From positions 22,527 to 86,526 of the forward strand of contig JAWLDA010000016.1 in the NCBI GenBank assembly GCA_041686855.1: 64,000 bases of DNA. The letters run 5' to 3'. Below are positions 58,245 through 64,000 of this stretch, piece by piece (position 1 is the stretch's first letter; every line of letters begins with the position of its first letter). The notes beneath the pieces are model-generated. The model was not told the origin of the DNA and ran no database searches. It was given only the letters and a program-made list of their open reading frames with translations. The position numbers and the translations under genes are program-made. This DNA comes from Limnochordia bacterium (GTDB lineage Bacteria; Bacillota; Limnochordia; DTU080; RSA5).

Positions 58245-60803
58245 ATGAAGTGCTTGCTCATTCTTTGCGCACTCCTGGGCGCCACGCTCATTTCTACACT
58301 TAGCCTCGCGGCTGAGTCGGTGACCCAGGGAGAACACTTCGCCTTCGAACCCGAAAGTTATGTGGGACGAACATGGCCATACACGCTCACCACTACGGGT
58401 TCAATCGAGTTGCCCGGTTTCGACCCATCCGAGCAGGAGGCTACCGTCACCCTTGCCGCCAATGTTCAACTCTCCGTCTCACCGCAGGAGGATTCCGGGC
58501 AGTTCTCGTTCTCCCTTACGTTCGTCAACGCGCACTCCGAAGGATTCCCCGAAGATCTCGGTCGTACGCTCACGGGTACAGTGTTGCATGGCCACCTGGA
58601 CGCCCGAGGTCGCATCGATCGAATTGAAACACCCGAAGCCCTCACCAACTTGGGTATCGACAGTATGGACCTCTTTTGGGGCCTTGTCGTCCCCATACCC
58701 GCTGCAGAAGACCTCGGGAAGAGCACCTGGCGAGCAAACGTGACGCGGGAGAATCTAGGCCCGCAACGCACCCGCATCATGCGCCTAAACGCAACGTACA
58801 CGCGGCAAGGTACGAGAGTTTGGAGCGGTCACTCCCTTGAGGCAGTCACGGCACGTCTGCGCGGAAACACCTCATTTCGGGATGGCACGAGTCACACCGA
58901 GATTCAAGAGATAGGGCACGCGCTTTTCTACGTCGATCCGGCGACGGGAGTTACGCAGGTCTCTTCGGTGAGCAAAGTCACCTCGGTCGACATCATTAAT
59001 CCCGGTAACGAGACGCTCAGGTTGCGAAATTCGCTGACGACAACCCTCGAGATCGATTCAGAGAAGCGCGCTCAGGTCTCGCCATCCGAGCCCGTTGACC
59101 GGTCAACCGAGCCGCCCGTAAGTACGGAGGATGAGGTAGCCTCTGTGGATCAGGCCGAAACCCAGCCAAGGTCGGTAGATACGGATACACCCGCGTCAGG
59201 AGAAGCGATCTCAGCTCCAGCCGATCCCGACGCTTTATCGGCCGGCGACGAATCAAACTGGTCGTACCGGGATCCCGCCGGCCGTTTCACGCTCAAGCTA
59301 CCTGCAGATTGGGAAGAGGCCGATGTCACCCTCACCCTTCGTAGCACGAGCCTCTCTTTGGACGAACCCCGGCGCAGACTCGATGTGTATGTCGTCTCAT
59401 TGCCAAGTCCCAGTGCCAGTGCACAGAGCATCGCACGCTCGGCGCTCACCACGTACCAAGAGACACAGCGCGGCTTCACCCTCATACAAGACGCGGTCCC
59501 GACCACGCTCGACGGCGAATCTGCCGCGTTAGCGCACTACGAGTACGAAACTGCGAACGCGGCGGAGTATCGTGAGTGGAGTCTCTTCGCTCGTCGGGGC
59601 GAGCGGGCTTACTACCTGCAGTACGCTACGCCATTGGAGGTCGATCCTACCCTCGCAAGGGTTGAGTTCGACCACATCGCTCAAGCGTTTCGCTACGGCC
59701 CAACGCCCACAGGAGCCGTGAGCCCCGATCTGCTCAAAGGGAGCTTGCAGAGGTACGAGGATCCCGAGGGAGCTTACTCCTTGCTCGTTCCCTTCCTATG
59801 GCCACTCGTTGAACGGAACCCAGAGAGCGGAACAACCTCCTTTACCGAGATCGGTGGGAACGGTTATCTAAATCTCTTTGCCCAACCTGGGGCTACCGGA
59901 TTCAGCGCCGAGCAGATCGTTGCGGCATGGAAGGAGCAGTGGTCCGAGGAGGACGGCTTCCAGCTCATTCAGGACGTCACCCCCAAGCGCGTAGCCGGGC
60001 GTGACGGCGCCGAATTGGTATACCAGTGGCGACCGGACCAAGAGCGTGAGTGGACTCGTCGACTCCAAGCGACCGTCATTGGTGACACATTCTACGCAGT
60101 GGCGCTCGATTATCCCTCGTCTGGTTACGAAGAGCGACTTACCACATTTCGCGACATCTTCTCAAGCTTTAGCGTGAAAGACGAACAAGACATGATGCCA
60201 GATGTGTCTGAGACCCAAACGCCCACGCAAGAGTCAACCCAGACCCCGTCAATTCCCGAGGCGAACTCTACACCTGATGAGCCTCAAGAGCGCATCACCT
60301 CGTCGGAGCAGCTCATTCCCGATCCACTCAGTGAAGGGCACACGCTTCTTCTAGGCCGCCTTCTCACCCGATATCCCGGCGAGAGCGGACGCGAGATTGA
60401 GGAGCCTGCGAAGCAGGTCAGGGTGTATGTCACCACGGGTGGAGTCGAGACGCTCACAGAGTCCACTGACAGTGACGGCTTTGTTTTCCTTCCCAACCTC
60501 CCTCCGCTTGAAGACGGGAATGAGTATCGGATCACCCGCATCGAAGGTCGCGTCTTCGGCTTCACTCAGGATGTTGCAGTCACCTTTGAAAACCTTACAC
60601 AAGAAGTCGGCAAAGAAGGGCTCGTCAATATCGGAACAGTCATCCTGACTTTGGATGCGAGTCGCTCCATCACCGTCGAGGTAGAGCGCGGTCTAAGCGT
60701 CGTCACCGGACGGACCTCCCCGTTGGAGCGCTTTATCTCCACGTATCCTTCGACCGCATGGAGTCAAAGGGTCCAGCGAGCAATCGATCATGAAACCAAC
60801 TAG
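58245..60803 (+). CDS. large secreted multidomain protein (two PsbP/DUF1795-like modules, acidic Pro/Thr linkers, C-terminal Ig/CarboxypepD_reg-like domain)
   Basis: Signal peptide MKCLLILCALLGATLISTLSLAAES. Repeated module starts YRDPAGRFTLKLPADWEE and YEDPEGAYSLLVPFLWP. The C-terminal domain contains VRVYVTTGGVE..TDSDGFVFLPNLPP. Confidence 0.6.
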   Translation: MKCLLILCALLGATLISTLSLAAESVTQGEHFAFEPESYVGRTWPYTLTTTGSIELPGFDPSEQEATVTLAANVQLSVSPQEDSGQFSFSLTFVNAHSEGFPEDLGRTLTGTVLHGHLDARGRIDRIETPEALTNLGIDSMDLFWGLVVPIPAAEDLGKSTWRANVTRENLGPQRTRIMRLNATYTRQGTRVWSGHSLEAVTARLRGNTSFRDGTSHTEIQEIGHALFYVDPATGVTQVSSVSKVTSVDIINPGNETLRLRNSLTTTLEIDSEKRAQVSPSEPVDRSTEPPVSTEDEVASVDQAETQPRSVDTDTPASGEAISAPADPDALSAGDESNWSYRDPAGRFTLKLPADWEEADVTLTLRSTSLSLDEPRRRLDVYVVSLPSPSASAQSIARSALTTYQETQRGFTLIQDAVPTTLDGESAALAHYEYETANAAEYREWSLFARRGERAYYLQYATPLEVDPTLARVEFDHIAQAFRYGPTPTGAVSPDLLKGSLQRYEDPEGAYSLLVPFLWPLVERNPESGTTSFTEIGGNGYLNLFAQPGATGFSAEQIVAAWKEQWSEEDGFQLIQDVTPKRVAGRDGAELVYQWRPDQEREWTRRLQATVIGDTFYAVALDYPSSGYEERLTTFRDIFSSFSVKDEQDMMPDVSETQTPTQESTQTPSIPEANSTPDEPQERITSSEQLIPDPLSEGHTLLLGRLLTRYPGESGREIEEPAKQVRVYVTTGGVETLTESTDSDGFVFLPNLPPLEDGNEYRITRIEGRVFGFTQDVAVTFENLTQEVGKEGLVNIGTVILTLDASRSITVEVERGLSVVTGRTSPLERFISTYPSTAWSQRVQRAIDHETN

Positions 60804-60872
60804 ACGTGCACGCTCCTTCCTAGTCGCTACATACTATGCGGCGTGCAGTAACATAACGGGAGGAGAAATGGA

Positions 60873-61451
60873 ATGACAACTCCGAAAGGCTTTACTGTGT
60901 GGTTTACTGGGCTCTCTGGAGCCGGAAAGTCAACCGTAGCCCAACATGTGACATCGTTACTGGAGGAGCGCGGGCGGCTCGTCGAGGTACTTGATGGTGA
61001 CGAGGTCCGTGAGAACTTGAGTAAGGGACTGGGGTTCTCCAAAGAGGACCGCGACACCAACGTTCGCCGGATTGCTTACGTCGCCAAGCTTTTGACGCGC
61101 CACGGCGCTGCGGTCATTACCGCAGCGATCTCACCATACCGGGAGACACGTGAATGGGCTCGAGAGCAAATCGGCAACTTCGTTGAGGTGTACATCGACT
61201 GCCCTCTCGAGGTGTGCGCCGAGCGCGACGTAAAGGGACTTTACAAAAAGGCATTTGCCGGCGAGATCGAGCAGTTTACGGGAGTCTCCGATCCGTATGA
61301 GCCTCCTGTCAATCCCGAGCTCGTCCTCGAGACCCACCGCGAGACGCCGAACGAGAGCGCTGCCAAAGTGATTCACACGCTTGAACGGCTCGGATATCTT
61401 GAAGGATCCCACAACCCGACATCAAAGTCCGCGGTCACCTTGGACAGCTAG
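60873..61451 (+). CDS. cysC: adenylyl-sulfate (APS) kinase
   Basis: [16 protein letters not shown]-loop; ..[26 protein letters not shown]. Confidence 0.93.
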   Translation: MTTPKGFTVWFTGLSGAGKSTVAQHVTSLLEERGRLVEVLDGDEVRENLSKGLGFSKEDRDTNVRRIAYVAKLLTRHGAAVITAAISPYRETREWAREQIGNFVEVYIDCPLEVCAERDVKGLYKKAFAGEIEQFTGVSDPYEPPVNPELVLETHRETPNESAAKVIHTLERLGYLEGSHNPTSKSAVTLDS

Positions 61452-61478
61452 ACGTCACGGTCAGGGCCGCCGGTCCCC

Positions 61479-61507
61479 TTGACAAACGAGCGATCCTAAA
61501 GTAAAAT
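61479..61507 (+). promoter_or_regulatory. sigma-A-type promoter for tRNA-Lys
   Basis: TTGACA, 17 nt, TAAAAT. It lies about 45 nt upstream of the tRNA. Confidence 0.65.
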
Positions 61508-61552
61508 GTTCAAGTGTTGAGAATCACTCGATACGCTTATGGACGCTCGTTT

Positions 61553-61628
<76 letters not shown>

Positions 61629-61644
61629 ACACAATACTTGCAAT

Positions 61645-61680
61645 AAAGCCTATCGCTTTTGGCGATAGGCTTTATTTTTA
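61645..61680. terminator. strong bidirectional intrinsic terminator
   Basis: AAAGCCTATCGC ttttg GCGATAGGCTTT forms a perfect 12-bp stem, followed by ATTTTTA. It sits between tRNA-Lys (+) and the convergent DHDPS-like gene (-). Confidence 0.8.
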
Positions 61681-61722
61681 CTCGTATTCATGGTCGTGCT
61701 GGATGCTTGCCGAAACGAGACG

Positions 61723-62715
61723 TCAAGCCTTCGGCTCTTCTGGGATCAAGCCCTCGATTCGATTCAGGATGAGCCGGAGCACCTCGATATCCGACTCTGG
61801 TCGTCGTTGAGCGTTTGGATGGGGCTCATTCGTCAAGGTCCAACCTCGCAAGTGCAAGAACTGCGCCGCGGTGTGTTTGTACGAGGGAGTCGGGTGCCTA
61901 AATGCGAACTCTCCGAGATACTGGAGGACGTCGTTCACCTGGTAAAATCGGGAGTCGCCCTCCTGCCACAATTGATCACGCCACGCAAACGTCTCAGGCG
62001 CAAACGTCGAAAGCCCCAGGAGATAATCACTCCCGTACACCACCATGTCGATTGCCAGGTCATTCCCCGTAAAAATCTTGAACTCGGGGCGAATCCGATC
62101 CCTCAGGCACAAACGCCTCCACTCCACCTGCCGATCGAGCGAGGAGTGCTTGTACCCCACAATCTCTGGAATCTCCATGATTCCTTGTGCCACCTCATCA
62201 CTCCAGATGGCTCCAAACGGCGCAAACATCTCGCCAAGTTCAAAGGCGAATAGTGGGCCGTTGTCACGTGCAATCTCCTGGTATAGTTCGACCAACTCAT
62301 TGGTGGTGAGTCCCTTCATTGCGCTCGACTGAAAGATAATAGGTGTGCCACCAAATTCACGAATCTGGTCGATCTCATGTTTATACAAGTCCACAGGGGC
62401 GCCGGTCTTCCCCTCTATAAAGGCACCGGCAATAAACGGTCGCTCCTCCCCTAAGGCAGCCCGCGTCGTACGCAGCACTGTACGTCGTTCATCATCCGAG
62501 AGCAGGTTGACGTAACCCGTATCCATGTTAACAGCGGGCTTAAGTCCGGCCTCCGCGGTCCGAACCACGTGGCGGACCAATCCCTCGTAGTCCGGGGTGC
62601 CACGTTGCGTAAAGGGCAGTAAAATGGCCGAGTTCCCATCGATCTTTCGTCGGGGTACGACCCGGCTCAAGATCTCGTCGACCTTAGGTATCGGCGACGC
62701 GTTACCTTTCGACAT
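61723..62715 (-). CDS. DHDPS/N-acetylneuraminate-lyase superfamily (class I aldolase-like TIM barrel) protein
   Basis: ..AILLPFTQRGTPDYEGLVRHV.. and a Schiff-base-type EIVGYKHSSLD motif. NMDTGY replaces the usual GTTGE. ATG at 62715 follows GAGAGGAGAGGA and overlaps the lacI-family stop by 14 nt. Substrate unknown. Confidence 0.6.
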   Translation of the reverse strand: MSKGNASPIPKVDEILSRVVPRRKIDGNSAILLPFTQRGTPDYEGLVRHVVRTAEAGLKPAVNMDTGYVNLLSDDERRTVLRTTRAALGEERPFIAGAFIEGKTGAPVDLYKHEIDQIREFGGTPIIFQSSAMKGLTTNELVELYQEIARDNGPLFAFELGEMFAPFGAIWSDEVAQGIMEIPEIVGYKHSSLDRQVEWRRLCLRDRIRPEFKIFTGNDLAIDMVVYGSDYLLGLSTFAPETFAWRDQLWQEGDSRFYQVNDVLQYLGEFAFRHPTPSYKHTAAQFLHLRGWTLTNEPHPNAQRRPESDIEVLRLILNRIEGLIPEEPKA

Positions 62716-63733
62716 TGAACATCCTCTCCTCTCGATTGCTTGACCGCTTGCTCGACGCTCGTACGTTGAGGGTGACACCGAGCGTGATCGGCCGGCTCGG
62801 TGCCTGACGACCGTCGATCAATTGCAGTAATACGTCGGCAGCCGTGCGTCCCAACTCTTTCAAAGGGAGCGAGACGGTGGTGAGCGGGGGATCAACGTAC
62901 ACAGCGTTAGGTATGTCACCGATTCCCGCAACGGCAATTTGGTTGGGAATGAGTACTCCCGCTTCCCGGACCGCTTTGAGAGCTCCAATGGCCATTTGGT
63001 CATTGGCCGCAAGGATTGCGTCCATGCGGGTAGGACCGTCCGTCTCTATGAGGCGCTTTGCCGCCAAGTAACCGCCTGCAGGCGTGAAGTCTCCCTCGGC
63101 GTACCTGGCGGGGCTGAGAGAATGTGTTTCCAGAACTCTTCGGAATCCACTATATCGTTCGTGAGAGACAAGTAAATCGTTGGGGCCATTTATGTAGCCG
63201 ATGCGGTGGTACCCTTCGTCGAGTAGATGTTGCGTCACGGTGGCGCCGGCCCCCTCGTTGTCGACAGTGACTGAAGGGACGTTCACTTCATAGCTGCCTA
63301 CGACGACAATCGGAGTGTCCAGATCGTGTAGACGCTCAAGTCGCCCCTCGCTCCCATCGCCCGATCCCGCGACGATGAGCCCGTCCACCTGGTGAGAGAC
63401 GAGGGTGTCGATGGAGCGTTCCTCTTTATGAGCTGAACGATCGGTATCCGCTAGTACGACGGTGTAACCTGCCTCAGAGACGACCCCTTCAACCCCTTTG
63501 GCGATCCCGTGGAAGTAGGGGTCGGTCAAATCAGCCAACACCAAGCCTATCGATCGCGTTCGGCGGGTGACCAGGCTTCGGGCGATTGCGTTGGGACGAT
63601 ACCTCAAGCGCCTAGCCGCCTCTCTCACTCGCAACTGGGTCGCTTCACTGACAGGTCCTTTCCCGCTGAGGGCCACGGATGCTGTTGATATCGATACACC
63701 GGCCAGGCGAGCGACGTCTTTGATGGTTGCCAC
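62702..63733 (-). CDS. LacI-family transcriptional regulator
   Basis: HTH ATIKDVARLAGVSISTASVALSG followed by a periplasmic-binding-protein-like sugar domain. GTG at 63733 follows GGAGAGGGG. The longer track ORF reaching 63931 translates through a terminator hairpin. Confidence 0.88.
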   Translation of the reverse strand: MATIKDVARLAGVSISTASVALSGKGPVSEATQLRVREAARRLRYRPNAIARSLVTRRTRSIGLVLADLTDPYFHGIAKGVEGVVSEAGYTVVLADTDRSAHKEERSIDTLVSHQVDGLIVAGSGDGSEGRLERLHDLDTPIVVVGSYEVNVPSVTVDNEGAGATVTQHLLDEGYHRIGYINGPNDLLVSHERYSGFRRVLETHSLSPARYAEGDFTPAGGYLAAKRLIETDGPTRMDAILAANDQMAIGALKAVREAGVLIPNQIAVAGIGDIPNAVYVDPPLTTVSLPLKELGRTAADVLLQLIDGRQAPSRPITLGVTLNVRASSKRSSNREERMFNVER

Positions 63734-63752
63734 GAGCGTCCCCTCTCCGAAG

Positions 63753-63764
63753 CGAAACGTTTCG
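63753..63764. promoter_or_regulatory. candidate LacI-type operator
   Basis: Perfect 12-bp palindrome CGAAACGTTTCG with a central CG. It lies 20 nt upstream of the lacI-family start, next to its RBS. Confidence 0.45.
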
Positions 63765-63895
63765 ACTCCTCGGTAATTCAATGCTGCGGCTGTATCTTCC
63801 TTCCGAGGAACGTCAACGAGAGCAGGTACGATAGTCTCACCGTAGCCATATTCAAGCGTCAAGCGCACTTTGCGACTAAAACAACGTCGACGCGC

Positions 63896-63928
63896 GAAAA
63901 AGCCGACCAACATGTGGCCGGCTTTTTT
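63896..63928 (-). terminator. intrinsic terminator after tRNA-Asn
   Basis: On the minus strand: AAAAAAGCCGGCCA catgt TGGTCGGCTTTTT. The stem is 8 bp with one mismatch and is extended by A/T pairs. Confidence 0.6.
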
Positions 63929-63931
63929 CAT

Positions 63932-64000
63932 GTGGCTCCCCGGGCTGGACTCGAACCAGCAACCACTCGGTTAACAGCCGAGTGCTCTACCATTGAGCTA
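63932..64000 (-). tRNA. tRNA-Asn (anticodon GTT), 5' end truncated by the window edge
   Basis: Reverse complement reads TAGCTCAATGGTAGAGC-A-CTCGG-CTGTTAA-CCGAG-...-GCTGG-TTCGAGT-CCAGC-CCGGGGA-G-CCA. Confidence 0.85.

Noticed and set aside
63734-63931. N-terminal 66-aa extension of the LacI-family ORF (MKKAGHMLVGFFARRR...)
   Set aside because: The extension begins inside the tRNA-Asn terminator hairpin and has no RBS. The canonical LacI HTH starts right after GTG 63733, which does have a GGAGAGGGG RBS.

Overview
Gene-dense chromosomal core segment of roughly 60% GC. I call about 60 CDS and 3 tRNA genes, and I saw no rRNA, CRISPR array, transposase or integrase. Almost everything from 1 to 43.4 kb is on the minus strand. 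The content reads as an endospore-former with a Bacillus/Clostridium-like backbone. That backbone includes ywmB, spoIIQ-like, spoIIID and mreB, the full atpZIBEFHAGDC operon, upp, rpiB, ywlE, mntP, tsaC, prmC, prfA, hflX, codY, folPK, guaB, ccdA and ytvI. The same segment also carries a complete-looking outer-membrane biogenesis supercluster: tamB-bamA-skp-lpxD, then an OM barrel, lptF/G, lptD and lptC. It additionally encodes an AMIN-domain periplasmic enzyme and a second AsmA/TamB-like protein. By inference only, this suggests a diderm, high-GC Firmicute lineage such as Limnochordia. I found no obvious defence or mobile system. The points most worth a second look are listed here. (1) An envelope/sporulation junction: an S55 SpoIVB-like peptidase whose Ser and His motifs appear swapped in order, an AMIN-phosphodiester glycosidase, and a fully degenerate LytM SpoIIQ-like protein. 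(2) A Shine-Dalgarno-sequestering hairpin plus mini-uORF in front of spoIIID. (3) A 3-module PIG-L deacetylase / beta-rich / GNAT fusion, convergent with a 4-Cys small protein. (4) A TamB-like protein without the DUF490 end, divergently paired with an 863-aa secreted multidomain protein. (5) folP with an unrecognised N-terminal domain and no folB. (6) A 47-aa Cys-rich sORF in a 536-bp gap. All functional calls come from reading motifs by eye, and no database search was run.
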